From Eledone cirrhosa (taxonomy: Eukaryota): DNA of 64,000 nt. The stretch lies in assembly GCA_964016885.1 (NCBI GenBank), contig OZ024745.1:70370001-70434000 (forward strand). The letters are read 5' to 3'. Below the pieces are notes generated by a model. It saw nothing but the letters and a program-made list of their open reading frames with translations, ran no database searches and was not told where the DNA came from. This document shows, in pieces, positions 40,022 to 55,035 of the stretch. Made by a program: the position numbers and the translations under genes. Position 1 is the stretch's first letter. Each line of letters begins with the position of its first letter.

Positions 40022-40275
40022 CGACGGAATTGTGGTAAGGAACCAGATGGACCATAACGCACCAGAGTACTCAATACTTAGGGTAGTAGAGTGGGTAATA
40101 GGAAAAAGTATGACCCCGGCGGCAGAGCTCAAGCCGTTTCGACGGCTATTTCTGGACTAAATTAGAATTTTTAGCCCGGTAAATAAATAGCCGAACTTGT
40201 CAAGGGGTACTTGACAATGTACACGTTCGGCTATTTATTTAAATAGCCGAACTATTTATTTAAATAGCCGAACCT
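40019..40275 (-). mobile_element. Longest family F insert
   Basis: Contains full HHR and tail; 5' end has short fold-back duplications of GTTCGGCTATTTATTT. Confidence 0.8.
40113..40208 (-). ncRNA. Type I hammerhead with U3:A8 core covariation
   Basis: Minus strand ACCCC TTGACAA GTTCGGCTATTT..AAATAGCCGTC GAAA CGGC-TTGAGCTCT-GCCG CC GGGGT; sister copies have the GTC triplet. Confidence 0.75.
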
Positions 40276-40286
40276 ATATATATATA

Positions 40287-40414
40287 GGACAATGTTCAAG
40301 ACCGCGAGCCGTCGGGGTCTTGAACATTTTCCTATTACCACCTCTACCACCCTAAGTATTGAGTACTCTGTTACGTTATGGTGCATTTGGTTCCTGACCA
40401 CACATCCTTCGTTA
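40287..40414 (+). mobile_element. Family F insert
   Basis: Short hairpin GGACAATGTTCAAGACC..GGTCTTGAACATTTTCC plus tail to CCTTCGTTA. Confidence 0.8.
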
Positions 40415-40646
40415 TGTATATATATACATATATAAGCATGTATTGTATGAAGAAAAATAAAACGTCGGCGTGAAGAGATTACGAATTCATTTGCTTTGAC
40501 ATATGTTTCCGTGTCTATCATAATATGTCTACATTTGCTGACTACAACATATATTGTTCAATCATATGCAACACTTACCTATTTATTACTCTTCATTAGA
40601 AAGCCTATAGTAGTGGAATTCAACTGTTTACTACGAGGTAAAATTC

Positions 40647-41027
<381 letters not shown>

Positions 41028-43105
41028 CTATACGAACTGAATAATGTCAATGTTGGCTTGCGCTGGAGTAATTTTAATTTAATCGAATAACTTGATTGTT
41101 ACGCAGTGTTCATATGGTAGATTCATTTTTAAATCCGATCAATCATATGCTACAGGCAAACCGTGCTGCAGCATTTGTAATTTGTAAAGGCACATCGTAT
41201 TTCTGGGAAATGTGGTCATGTTTTCACAAGAAACACGATTGATCATGACGACCACATAGCATACTCTATATATATTTTACTATCTGAAATATTGGTTTCT
41301 TTTGCATTGAACCCAGTATCCCTAAATTAACTGCAGGGTCACTCAGATTGTTATCAATAGCTCTGTTCCTGTCATACTTTGTTGACTACTTTTGTGGTTC
41401 GTAATTTAATATTGAAATGTTAATTGTTCTGCAGGTGAATTTCAGGGTCAGCAAATATCCCATCTCGGACTTTCAATACTGCAGCTCTCCATCGTTTTGC
41501 GACATTCTTCGAATAAAATGTATACACAGCAAACATTAAGACACATATACATACGAAGGCAAACACAGACGTATGCACGGCTACGGATGCACATATGTCA
41601 GAGAATTTCACATGTTCAGGGAAGTGCACATAGGCACACACGCAAACATGTAAAGGTGAGGGAGAGATGAAGAATGGCATTACTAAAATCTAATTTCAGT
41701 TTGTGTCGCAAGAATTAGTTCTATCAGTGACAGATTATACCTTTATTGTTGTATTTAAGTTAAACATTCCTAGCAGCATAGTAAATGTTTACTTTGCTAA
41801 ATCTATTTCGACGATCACTGTTGAACGTGTTTGTTACAATACAGAGATCAATACGCTAGTATTACTGTTTACCTTTGACATAGTATTATCATTCATGTGG
41901 TGCACATTGTTTTGCTGAATAAAGATTTTAGACTTGAACAATACATTTCAAGCTTTTCATGACACTCATGAAGCAGCGTTTTCTTTCATTTTACCGAAGA
42001 TAAAGCCAGCGTGAGTTTAATTGCTGTATGTGATATGCATTCAAGAGCGTTGTTTCATTCGATAATTGCGATTTGATTAAGTAGCGCTTCTTTAAATGTT
42101 CACTGTGTTTTCAGCAGTTCCAAAACTAACTCGCGAGTAAAGATATTTAAATTTGAGGCAATCAAGTAATTATAAATGTCACTAGAAATTAAATATATTT
42201 GCTGTTCCTGAAATTAATTTACCTTAAGAATTTTGCGTGAAAGCTTTAGCAAAGTGATTCATGTAGCCATAACATTATTGCTGGAATGAATTCCTATATT
42301 CTGGTGTGTGCGACGAACCATTAAACGTAGAAAGGGTCCCTTATCCTATACCGCATCTTATTTGTTCAAGGTATAACTCTTTGTAATTATTAGAATCATA
42401 ATATCCTCTGTGAGAAATCATTTTAAGTTTAAAATCAGCAATTTTATTCCACGCAATGCATATAAATGAACAACGGGGACGAAAATCGATTTTCTTCTTG
42501 CATTTTTGTTACACTTGGAAAATTAAAGTATGTTCCTACAGGAGTGAATTAAAAGTTCTCGCCAGATTTTATATCGAGGAACAGGAGATTGCATTACATT
42601 GCCAAGGCCTGAATCATTAGAATTGTTTCTCTATTGATTCAAACTATGTGGATGGAAAGTCTCCTATATTGATCAATTAATAATTTTGTAGGAATTAGTC
42701 GATAATATCCCAACAAGTATTCTTTGGCTTAATACTAGTATATCAGGTTGTTAATTTAGGGTATATACTACTTCAAACTGAACCTGATAGAAAATTAGCA
42801 ATATGTATAAATAAATGTTACATCAGGGGAATCGATACACAATCTGAAAGTATACGTTACCAGGCCGTTTAATTTTAACACCTGTATAAAACTGTGCCAT
42901 TTCCGTATTGAGGTACACCAATGCAGTTTTAGCAACATGAACTTTGTGCATCTTTCTTATGAAGAACAAATAATTGATTAGAAATAAACACACTTCACTA
43001 TAGCACACAGCCAGGGTCAGTCAACATAATTTAATATAGGGATATAGAGAAACATAAAATTATATAAACATTGAAATACAGAGCTGAAACCAAAAATCAT
43101 AATCA

Positions 43106-43513
<408 letters not shown>

Positions 43514-43791
43514 TATATAATATTTAAGTATTGTGAGAGAGAAGAAGATGTTTAAAGGGGTAAGCGATACATATATTTACTTGCCAAAAGGTTGTGCATT
43601 TGTGCTCAATACTTGTGCCTACAGGGTTAAATGTTGGAAGCATTAATATTTAGCATGAGAGAAAATAAGCAGAGCAGTTACAAATGATAGGATTACAAAG
43701 GAGGAGAATATATACTGTCAGAACATGTTTATATAAAATCACCAAATATTAACATGTTCTGAAAGTATATATCGTCCTTTGTAATCCTTTC

Positions 43792-43868
<77 letters not shown>

Positions 43869-43871
43869 CAC

Positions 43872-44872
43872 ACAAGCAGCAGTACCCAGCATTGCCTGGG
43901 TAGGTAAAATAATATCTGCTTTGATGAAAAGGTGTTGATCTTAGCAACTGCTTCTCGATGACTCATCTATGGCCACACACAGGCCATGCGGGGGAGGATG
44001 GTGATGACTCCTATCACTGACAAACGCGGGTGACTGACGAAGGGGCATGCATGCTGGGTAATGATCTCTAACACTAAGCTAAATTTCCTCACGCTACTTG
44101 ATTGGAAACCGATGAATTCTCAAATACACAACTAAAAGCTCAGACGACGTCAGTGGCCATCGTTTTGCCGTTGACTATCTATAAGATGTGCAATGATAGG
44201 TTCTATCGTAGTATAAAAGTTGAACCAAATAAACTGATTTATGTGTGAGGTGGAGCCGAAGTTTCGAGTTTGAACGAAATCGGTTGAAAAATGTGGGAGC
44301 TAGAGCCGAAATGGCGGAAATTTGAGCGAAAAGGTGGTAATTTCGAATATTTAAGCGGCTTCCATGCCATTGCTGAACAAAAGAATCCAAAATGTAAAGC
44401 CAACTTAAGACGTGACATAATCAGATCTAGCGTAGTGTAAATTTGAACCAAGTAGGTTGATTAATGTGGGAGCTAGAGCCGAAAAACTGGAAATTTCAGT
44501 CTAAAAGTGGTATTTTTTAATATTGAAGCGGCTGCCACGAAGTCACTGAACAACAAATGCAAAATATACCATTACAGGATGTGCAATGATAAATTCTATT
44601 TTGCTTTAAAATTTGAACGAAATCGGTGGCAAAATGTTGGAGCTAGAGCCAAAAATCTTATTTTTTGATACCTAAAAAAAGGTGGCCCCCTATCGGTTTT
44701 TATCTGCAGAACGACCCCGGAATAAAAAAAAAACGATACGCTGATATATAGAAAACACTCCCCGATGAGAAATCTATGAGCCTGTAAAGTTTCATGAAAA
44801 TCGGTCGTAAGATGTAGGCCTCTATAGGTAATACACAGACACACAGACACACATACTTAATTTTATATATAT
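43872..44872 (-). mobile_element. Non-autonomous Helitron-like element
   Basis: Minus 5' end TATATATATAAAATT..(GTCT/GT) repeats..CCGATTTTCATGAAACTT; 3' hairpin TACCCAG-GCAATG-CTGGGTA about 6 nt before CTTG (CTAG-like); three internal repeats of about 170 bp (GGAGCTAGAGCC). Confidence 0.7.
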
Positions 44873-45204
44873 ACATATATATGTATATATATATGTATTT
44901 ATATATATATATATTTATATGTGTGTGTATGTGTGTTGTGTGTGTTTGAATTTTGAATATATGCACATATATGCAAATACGTACACACACACATACATAC
45001 AAACATATACATTAATAAGAGACAGAAAGTGGGAAAGCGCCAATTTTTTAATAGAAATAATTAATTACAAACACCACGACTGTATGGATATAAACTATAT
45101 TATGAAATATTTACAACGTGGAGCTACAGACTACAACAAATATAGAAATTTATAACAAATGGTAACAAAAAGATTCAAACGCACTTTGTACTATGAAATC
45201 ATTT

Positions 45205-45828
45205 TTTTCTACTCTTTGGCACAAGGCCAGCGATTATGTCAGTGCATTACTAGTACTTTATTTTATCGACCCCGTAAGGATGAAAGGGAAATTTAACCTC
45301 GGTGGGATTTGAACTCAGAATGAGAAGGGCCGTAACTCTATGCGTCAAAGCATGGCGTCCGACCCTCTCAAATAATTGTTTCTACTTTTGGCACAAGGCC
45401 AGCTATCACCCAGTGTATTACTGGTACTTTATTTTATCGACCCCGTAAGGATGAAAGGGAAAGTTAACCTCGGCGGGATTTGAACTCAGAATGGCAAGGG
45501 CCGTAACTCTATGCGTCAAAGCATGGCGTCCGACCCTCTACCGATAGTGCCAATCCACCGACCCTCTGAAATAATACACTTCAACATGTACTAACATTAT
45601 AATCTTTGATATGAGTCTATATAAAGTTCGAAATAATAATTGTTTCTACTTTTTTGGCACAAGGCCAGCAATTACCCAGTGCATTACTGGTACTTTATTT
45701 TATCGACCCCGTAAGGATGAAAGGCAAAGTTAACCTCGGCGGGATTTGAACTCAGAATAGCAAGGGCGTAACTCTATGCGTCAAAGCATGGCGTCCGACC
45801 CTCTACCGATACTGCCAGTCCACCGCCA
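45205..45828 (-). mobile_element. Cluster of three SINE copies
   Basis: About 45205-45369, 45373-45563 and 45638-45828; third flanked by AAAGTTCGAAATAATAAT TSD. Confidence 0.9.
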
Positions 45829-46292
45829 AAGTTCGAAATAATAATGCTACTAGGATGGTACATCCAAGTTATGACAGACTCGACATGTGATGCGATTCAA
45901 AGTACATCTTCATTTTGCGAAGTTTTATTTTAAAATACGTTTTGTCTCAATGTACTCTTTACAAATAGGCTTAAATCAGAAGACGTGCTAGAAATCTGAA
46001 AATTTCCATTTCTGAGGAGAATCATTTACTTTTCCATTTTCTGGTCAATATTTATCTGAAAGTTTTTGATTGTTATTATTTCAATATCGATTCTCTTATT
46101 TTTCTTCTGATGTCTTCTCTTGTTTATTTGGATTTACTTTTTATTGATTTCCTCGATCACATTCAATCACCTTATTGGCTCTAAAATCTTTTTCACTCTA
46201 CTTTCAAACACTAGAAAATAACATTTCAAAATGTGTACTATTAGATTTTAAAAATAATACGCATGTTTATAAGTACACATTCAAATACACAT

Positions 46293-46334
<42 letters not shown>

Positions 46335-46335
<1 letters not shown>

Positions 46336-46408
46336 CGGGGTCGATAAAATAAAGTACCAGTAATGCAGTGGTTAATTGCTGGCCTTGTGCCAAAAATAGA
46401 AACAATTA
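46335..46408 (+). mobile_element. SINE 3' fragment
   Basis: ACGGGGTCGATAAAATAAAGTACCAG..AGAAACAATT. Confidence 0.85.
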
Positions 46409-46693
46409 TTAATCAATAACATTAAGAAAGATATAAATCGTTACAGTACAGTAAATTGCTATAACTAATGGTAATTATCTTATTAGGACAGAAATTAAAA
46501 GCAGTCAAAAATTCTTTAAATTTCTGCAAAATTTCAATATCCGTGTCGTTGCCAAACAGGATATAAAAACATTATCACTATTGGAATCAGAAATGCGACA
46601 CATTAATTTGTTACCTAGCACAATGGATCAATTGATATATATATATTAATATATATTAATATATATTAATATATATATATATATATATATATA

Positions 46694-47133
46694 TGAATGA
46701 GGAAGTTTCCGTTGAAAAAGTCAGATGAATGAAGAGTGCTCTATGTAAGTTACAGAGATAAATATTTAATGTATTATAAACAATACAATATAATTATCTC
46801 ATTACCAGAGGGTTCCCGAATAAGACGGATACAAGAAACGTCCGCATTCGTTCGTCAGACAAGACAATTTAAAACATAGTGAAATATTTGAAAAATCTCC
46901 TCAAGAAAGGGTAAAAGTTTAACGGGCAAAAAATAAATAAAAGTAATAATACAAGAAATGTATAAAAAATAAAAATAAGGAAATATAGTAAGGAGATGTG
47001 TCTAAATGTGTGTATGCACATAGATATGTACATATGTACATGCGTGTGTATGTACAACTGCATGTGTATAGTGAAAAATGTGTGCGTAAATATATACATG
47101 AGGGCAATCATATTAGTGTATGTGTAACCACAA

Positions 47134-47191
<58 letters not shown>

Positions 47192-47481
47192 AAAATGGAA
47201 ATTGTAAGATAATGGAGTAAGCGTACATACAGACTCAGTGACTAAGGGCTGAAATATATACACATACAAGGATGATTACTATATTTCTTTATTTTTATTT
47301 TTTTATACATTTCTTGTATTATTACTTTTATTTATTTTTGGCCCGTTAAACTTTTACCCTTTCTTGAGGAGATTTTTCAAATATTTCACTATGCTTTAAA
47401 TTGCCTTGTCTGACGAACGAATGCGGACGTTTCTTGTATCCGTCTTATTCGGGAAACCTCTGGCAATGAGGTAATTATATT
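46694..47481 (-). mobile_element. (TA)n-embedded fold-back insert, family H
   Basis: IR arms 46787-46991/47276-47481, unique tail 46694-46786, spacer contains (TA)n. Confidence 0.8.
47406..47478 (+). ncRNA. Hammerhead-like motif with weak stem I
   Basis: CTGACGA ACGAAT-GCGGAC..TCCGT-ATTCGG GAAA CCTC-loop-GAGG TA; mirror copy at about 46790-46862. Confidence 0.5.
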
Positions 47482-47727
47482 CTAATATATATATATATAT
47501 ATATATTAGAAAGTGAGGTTTTTTTACAAAATGAAAAATAACCTAGGTGTCTTACACGAGTGAAAGTAAAAAGAAAAAAAGATGTGAGAAAAACCATAGA
47601 CCCTCCATCTCAACTCTACTTTTGAAAAGCAGAACTGCGAAACCGGTAAAGGAACCAAACAAATATTTTAAATAAGACTCCATTGCATTTTCGATTTCAT
47701 CTTTTTTTCTTTATATATATATATATA

Positions 47728-47850
<123 letters not shown>

Positions 47851-47897
47851 TATATATATTAATATATATATATATATTAATATATATATATATATTA

Positions 47898-47931
<34 letters not shown>

Positions 47932-48027
47932 AGATAGATATGTATATGTAGACATGTATGTGCATATTTATATATATATATATATATACACACACTCACA
48001 CACACACATATATATATATGTATATAA

Positions 48028-49445
48028 TATAAGATCAAAAGATGGTTAAAGGAGTTCCATGTATTTTATTATGCGCATTTCAAAAACAAACATCATCATG
48101 CAATAATATTTGTGTTTTCATCAGATCAAACAGGAGAACATGATATGAAGGCTAAAAAACACTTGTGGATAGTGCAGTTTTAAATCAACATATGAAAAGT
48201 GGTTTTAGATTGATGTGTGATATTGGGAAAAATATTTTATTTAGAGAGGGGGGGGTGGAAAGGATGAAAAAGGGGAGGAGATGAGAGGGAGAGATGGGTG
48301 ATAGAGAGAAAGAAAGAGATAGTTTTTATAACTGAGAGGAGATATATTGTTTTACATAGAGAGGTTGAAAACCGTTGGAAGATAATGTATAAATTAAAAA
48401 TTTGAAATTAACGAAGGGAGGATATGTGCGAGGAAAGAATATTTTATTTATGGAGGGGGGGGGATGAAAAAAGGGGGAGGAGATGAGAGTGAAGGTGGAG
48501 AGGGAGAGATGGGTGATAGAGAGAAAGAGATAGTTTTTATAACTGAGAAAAAGATATATTGTTTTACATAAATTAAAGGAATTTGAAAATTAACGAAGGG
48601 AATTTATGTATGAAGATAGAGAGAAAAAATAATAATTGTGGATGAATATTCTAACGTCAAAAAAAGTGTGTGTTGATAAGTATTGTGGCAATTTCAAAAT
48701 TAACGAAGAGAAAAATTATTAAGGTTTGTGTGTAGAAGGATTTGAGAAAAATAATGTGAAGTTAAAGTTTGTATATTGAAGGAATTGATAATATATGCGA
48801 ATAAAGAGTTAATATGTATTAAGAATGAGTTCGTTGATGGGGAAAAAAAAAAAAAAATAATAATAAATTAAGGATGAAATTGAGATTAAAAAGATTTATG
48901 ATAGAGAGAAAAAATAATAATGATTGCGGATGAATATTCTAACGTCAAAAAAATAAATGTATATGTTATGAAGGATTTTACAAGGTGAAGATAGAATGAG
49001 GGTAATGAGTAAACAAGTATTATAGAGTGTATAATGCCCTTTAAAGTAAGGTGGGAAGATGGGTATATTTTAAAGAGGTGTATGTATATGTGCCTTTGAG
49101 AAAAGATTCTAAATTGATAAAGAATTGAATATTAACTGTATACTTTGTGAAAAGTCCTATGGAATTTATGGAGGCAGATAGAAAATAAATCTGTACGTCT
49201 ATTTATTATAGAATCTAGGTTAGAGATAATGGTAAATTTTTCATTTAGGCAGAGATTACATATTTTAGATAGAGAGCTGTTCAAGTATGAGGATGCAGAA
49301 GAAACCTTCTTCCAAAAGATGGTATATTTAATGTTTTTGTCTTTTAAGGACCATATGAGTTCTGAGAGAGCAGTGCTGGTTCTTTTAAGTTTGTATTTGA
49401 AAGATGAATGATGATTATCCGATATCTGCATTGCTTTATTGTACT
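48028..49445 (-). mobile_element. 3' portion of a second Penelope-like element (GIY-YIG end, 3' UTR of about 1 kb, HHR)
   Basis: NHHSSFK..TSTALSELIWSLK..W..ICNLCLNEK..IINRRTDLFSICLH* (49132-49420); UTR with internal duplications; ends in TA repeat. Confidence 0.88.
48064..48130 (-). ncRNA. Type I hammerhead with palindromic stem III at PLE 3' end
   Basis: Minus strand TTTGAT CTGATGA AAACACAAATAT..ATGTTTGTTTTT GAAA TGCGCA TA ATAAAA (one stem I mismatch). Confidence 0.8.
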
Positions 49446-49470
49446 ACAATAAAACTCACCTCCTACATTA

Positions 49471-49544
<74 letters not shown>

Positions 49545-49921
49545 TGTCTGCTCCATACAAAACTTGACCATATCTTGCACTTTATGTCTGTTCATTCCTG
49601 GCATGAGATCTCAAATGGCTTTTGAACCATGAAATCCCGTGAAAGACCCGTCCACAAATAATACACTGATGTCTCATTTCGTTCTTGTTTCCACTTTGGT
49701 TTTGCTTATCGTGTATGTTCGTATGTCACTTCAGTTCAACAATTGATTTGCAAATGTTTTGAGAAATATGCACTACAACTGATTCTCTGCAACGAAGTTT
49801 GAATAGTTAATTTGCAATTTACCATCATATGCTCGCTGGTGTGACTTTAAGGCAGCGTTCGCAAGGCACACCCTAGAGCACACTGACCATTTGAAAACTA
49901 ATGCTTGATAAGACACAGCAT

Positions 49922-50112
49922 TGGCGGATTGGTAGTATCGGTAAAACGTCGGACGCCATGCTTTGAAGCATAGAGTTACGCCCCTTTATCATCTGAGTTC
50001 AAATCCCGCCGACGTTAACTTTGCCTTCCATCCTTACGGGGTCGACAAAATAAAGTACCAGTAATATACTGAGGTAATTTGCTGGCCTTGTACCAAAAGT
50101 AGAAACAATTAT
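49922..50112 (+). mobile_element. SINE copy
   Basis: Consensus match. Confidence 0.9.
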
Positions 50113-51823
50113 TACTGTTGGTTTCATTCTTCCGCATATATATATAAATATGTGCTCACATGCATATATGCACACAGACACGCACACACACGTATAGAGA
50201 TATAACATTACTGGCAGTAGTTATTTCAAGAAGAAATTCCAACGTTTTCTGATAGGAATTCTTATATAGTTAATTGTTTAGAAGACATGGAGCAATTTTG
50301 TGTATATAAATACAATTATTTACAACTGTGATGATATTTGACTAGGGTTCAAAAAAAGTGTACATTTCATATCTTTCGATTGGAAACAAATCTTAGAGAG
50401 ATATGCATGAATATTTTATCAAGCTAAACTAATTTTTGCTGAAATAAATACGAAAATATATAATTAAGTGAATGCGTCTACGTGAATGTAGGTTTACGAA
50501 AGATGATTGGCTAATAGGTGTAACAAACTGAATTATTCATAGTAATTGTTTATGCTAATAAAATGAATTTCGGCAGATAAATTATAGAACATTAGGTTAA
50601 AGTAAATTTTGTAACACAGTTTGCAATTTAAAAAACACCCACATCGTGTTGTATTTCAGTATGTCATTAAATTATATAGAAATATCTAATAGATTTCATT
50701 AAATGTTTTAGGCATATTAGCTTATATTTCAATACTCACCCTAAATTTTTTATAATTCTATTTCAGCTAACAATTGATAATACAGGTGAATGCAAAGTTA
50801 AGTTTGTGGCCTTCAAATATAAGGATACAGTTTATTGTTCTTTCATTTATTTATTGATTCACGATAGACACATAAATGTTTACATATATTCAGTTTCGAT
50901 AAGCATAAATCAATTCTAACCCATTATTAATTCTTCTAGTAGATATATATATCTTCTACGAAACATGAATATGTTTTAAAAAATTTTTAAATAACGATTA
51001 ATAAGATTCTAGTTGATAGTTATTTATTTTAAATATTGTCGTTTATCTGGTGGATATTAAGAAAAAGGAGATACGATATTCTCATTATGAAAAATGAGAA
51101 TTATCATAATTCTAGCTGCACGTGGATTATATGTTCATACCTAAATACTCCTTTTTCTGCTTTCAAGATGCTCTATGGTATATGTAGCAGAACGAAATTA
51201 GATTACAAATCATAATAGCATTTTGTTTGGAATAAAATTACTTCGTCTCCAAACATCTTTCCTCAAACTTCATCCGAGTCACTTTAAACTTTGTTTCTCT
51301 GAACACTGGTTTCCAGGGGACTAAATACATATATATACTGGTAACATGAGTTCTCACTTCAAAACCTAACAATTGTCAGCAAAATATGATGAATTGGTTG
51401 GACTGACTAAACTATTATTAAAACAATAAAGAGACATGCTGTGAGATACAACTGAATAGGAGATCAGATAAACTTACAGAGCAGTGAGCGCTAACTGAAA
51501 CAAATATATTAATCCCTTGAATAAATGGTGAAGTAAATACCTAAACATCTGTTGAGCTCTAGGTTTCCATTATTTCATAAACGAATAGCGATAAAATCTC
51601 CATACTGGAATACTGCTCCCACTGACATTCTATCACATCACCCTTACCACAAATGATTTATATAAAGCCACTCATCAACGCACTTTAAACTCTACTTACG
51701 TATCTCTGCTCACTCTGACTCACCTACAATATTAGACAGATGGTGGCATTCCTGTCACCACTCGTTTCTCGTCCTCTCAAAGTGGCGATCTGCATCAATT
51801 ATTTGACATGTCTTACTCCAAAT

Positions 51824-52010
51824 AATTGTTTCTAGTTTTGGCACAAGGCCAGCAATTATATACCAGTGTATTACTGGTACTTTATTTTATCGACCCCGTA
51901 AGGATGAAAGGCAAAGTTAGCCTCGGCAGGATTTGAACTCAGATCAGAAAGGGGCGTAACTCTGTGCTGCAAAGCATGTTGTCAGACCCTCTACAGATAC
52001 TGCCAAACCA
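51824..52010 (-). mobile_element. SINE copy with TSD
   Basis: CTTACTCCAAATAAT on both sides. Confidence 0.9.
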
Positions 52011-52223
52011 CTTACTCCAAATAATGTCAGTTTACTCGAATTATTTCCCTATCCCTCATTTTCTCTCCTACAGCCGTCAATGTATTTAACGACAACATGG
52101 CATTACTACATTCTTTTCTTTCACAAAAAAATACATTTAGAAATTAAAAGTACGAAGAGGGGCAATTCCACAAAATACACGCAGATTTCAAATTGTGACG
52201 CTAAAAATAATATAATAAATATT

Positions 52224-52260
<37 letters not shown>

Positions 52261-53124
52261 GGTGGTGTAGTATGAATGTATGTATAAATATTTATATATA
52301 TATATGTACATATATATATATATATTTAATTAATGTACATATATATATATATTTAATAATTTTACTTTAGTCTATATTTGCAAATATAGACTAAATATAT
52401 TTAAAGTAAATATAGACTAAAGTAAAATTATTTCAGTTACTCTAATATTACACCATATAATATATCAATATATTACAGGCTAAAAATTATATTTTCTGTA
52501 GCTCCATTTATACAAATTAAACTGTTTAATTAATATGTATACATATATTATGGATGCGTGTATGTGTGAACCAAATATGTGCGCATGCTTATCATTACAC
52601 ATATATCACAAATGTATATCTGGTTATGATACACACGTGTCTATGTAGTGTGAGTGTGTGTTCGTATGGAAATGAATATATAGAGATTAGATTAGAATGA
52701 ATATATAGAGATTAGATTAGATTCGAAGCAAGACGGGGCTCCATTTTTATCATTATTCAATATTAATACTTTGTGTTAAATTTTGAACACATTCCTTGTT
52801 ATTCCTATTCGTGTAGTAATGTCCGAGTCCTTCGCAGAATCGTTTTCAGAATCACAGTCTTCACACTACTGGCCTATTCCTCACTTGCTCACTGGTGAAT
52901 ATAGAACATAATAAGAGAAATAAGAAACCATGAATGCCTGATTACAAATCTGTAAACGGCTAGAAAATACATGTCATTAAATACGTGTCACATATGCTGT
53001 ACCTGTATATTAATTTTTTTGGTTTATAACCTGACATTAGCAAAGCTTCGATAGAATTTCCTTTTGTTTTGTCTAGTATTATATATAGAGTTATATTTAT
53101 AGCAACTAATCTAATACAAAAATT

Positions 53125-53305
53125 AATTGTTTCTAATTTTGACACAAGGCCAGCAATTACCCAGTACATTACTGGTACTTTATTTTATCGTCCACGTAAG
53201 GATGAAAGGCAAAGTTAGCCTTGGCGGGATTTGAACTCACATCATAAAGGGCCGTAACTCTTTGCTGCAAAGCATGGCGTCCGACCCTCTACTCATACTG
53301 CCAAT
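53125..53305 (-). mobile_element. SINE copy with TSD
   Basis: AATCTAATACAAAAATTAAT on both sides. Confidence 0.9.
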
Positions 53306-54200
53306 CTAATACAAAAATTAATGAATAAAAATGATCCAACTGGTTCAGAGCCATACTTGCAATATAATATATTTGAAATAAAGATGCTGCCTAGTTATAC
53401 AAATATATTCCTGTGTGTGTCTCTGAGTCTGAGTGATGTAAGTGCAACTGTATGTGTCTTTGTGTGCGTGAGTGCGTGTACGGGTGAATGCATGGAGATG
53501 GATGTATGTATATATATATATCTCCCTCTCTATCCTCTCTCTCTCTATATATATATATATACATATGTGTGAGTGTATATGTATGTATATGTATAAATGG
53601 GTGTGTGTCTGTGAGAGTATGTATGTGGGTTAATTTATAATGGATTTATGTCATTTCGAAATCAGGTTTGCTCTCACCAATATTACACCAATAATACCGT
53701 TTATTTGTTTCTCAGTCTGTCATTTGTGTACGTGTATGCACTGTAGTACTTAAACAGATTTTACTGAGTGCGAAGCCGGAGTAACGAGTGAAAGTTCTGA
53801 CAGTTTTAGCCTCTCTCCTCGGTTGCATCAAAAGCCAATGCTTTTAAAACGCTTTTAATGTCAATATTGTTGCAGATTTATGGAAAAAGCTTGCGAGACG
53901 ACGAACGAAAGTCCTCAACTAAATAACCTACTGTTGTATCATGCTTACATTTCCAAAAGCGTCACTTATATTATTTTTGATATATATTATTTTAGATATT
54001 TGCATTTAACAGAAATGTTACTTATGTATCTGAAATAAAACATTGTATTCACATTATCTATAACATAAGATGTTATATTTATCATTCACTGCATCCTTCT
54101 GTAGCAGGATCACGCAATCCTTATCTCTTCATTTCCACATTCATTGTCCCTCTCCTGCCACATCTACCTACCTATCTATAATTTGCTCTCTCTCTCTCCC

Positions 54201-54274
<74 letters not shown>

Positions 54275-54280
54275 TCTCTC

Positions 54281-54341
<61 letters not shown>

Positions 54342-54380
54342 TTATATATAGGTATGTATATTTATATGTAAATAGGTATC

Positions 54381-54419
<39 letters not shown>

Positions 54420-54422
<3 letters not shown>

Positions 54423-54580
54423 CGAAGGAAATGTGGTAAGGAACCAGGTGGACCATAACGCACCAAAGTACTCAATACTTGAGGTAGTAGAGTGGGTAAT
54501 AGGAACCAGTAAGACCCCGACAGCTGAGCTCAAGCCGTTTCGACGGCTAATTCAGCTCAGCTGTCGGGGTCTTACTGGTT

Positions 54581-54583
<3 letters not shown>
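54420..54583 (-). mobile_element. Family F fold-back insert
   Basis: Reverse complement of the 10770-10906 type, extending to GAAACGGC. Confidence 0.8.
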
Positions 54584-54641
<58 letters not shown>

Positions 54642-54678
54642 GTACGTACAAACACACACACACATATATATATATATA

Positions 54679-54804
54679 TGATGATTTCTAAAGAATGAAA
54701 CAGTTCTAGTCCTGTAGAATCTCATCTATATTAAAACTTTTATACTCTGCTATGTATTGAGTACCTTACTTACTGTGGTTACCTCCGATTCAACCCGGAA
54801 TAAC

Positions 54805-54806
<2 letters not shown>
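54679..54806 (+). mobile_element. Family G insert with truncated HHR-like motif
   Basis: TGATGA TTTC-TAAA-GAAT GAAA CAG..CTG TA; between (TA)n tracts. Confidence 0.5.
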
Positions 54807-54869
<63 letters not shown>

Positions 54870-54920
54870 GGTATGTACATTTATATGTAAATAGGTATCA
54901 TATATGTACATATATATATG

Positions 54921-54958
<38 letters not shown>

Positions 54959-54969
54959 TGCATACGTAC

Positions 54970-55035
<66 letters not shown>

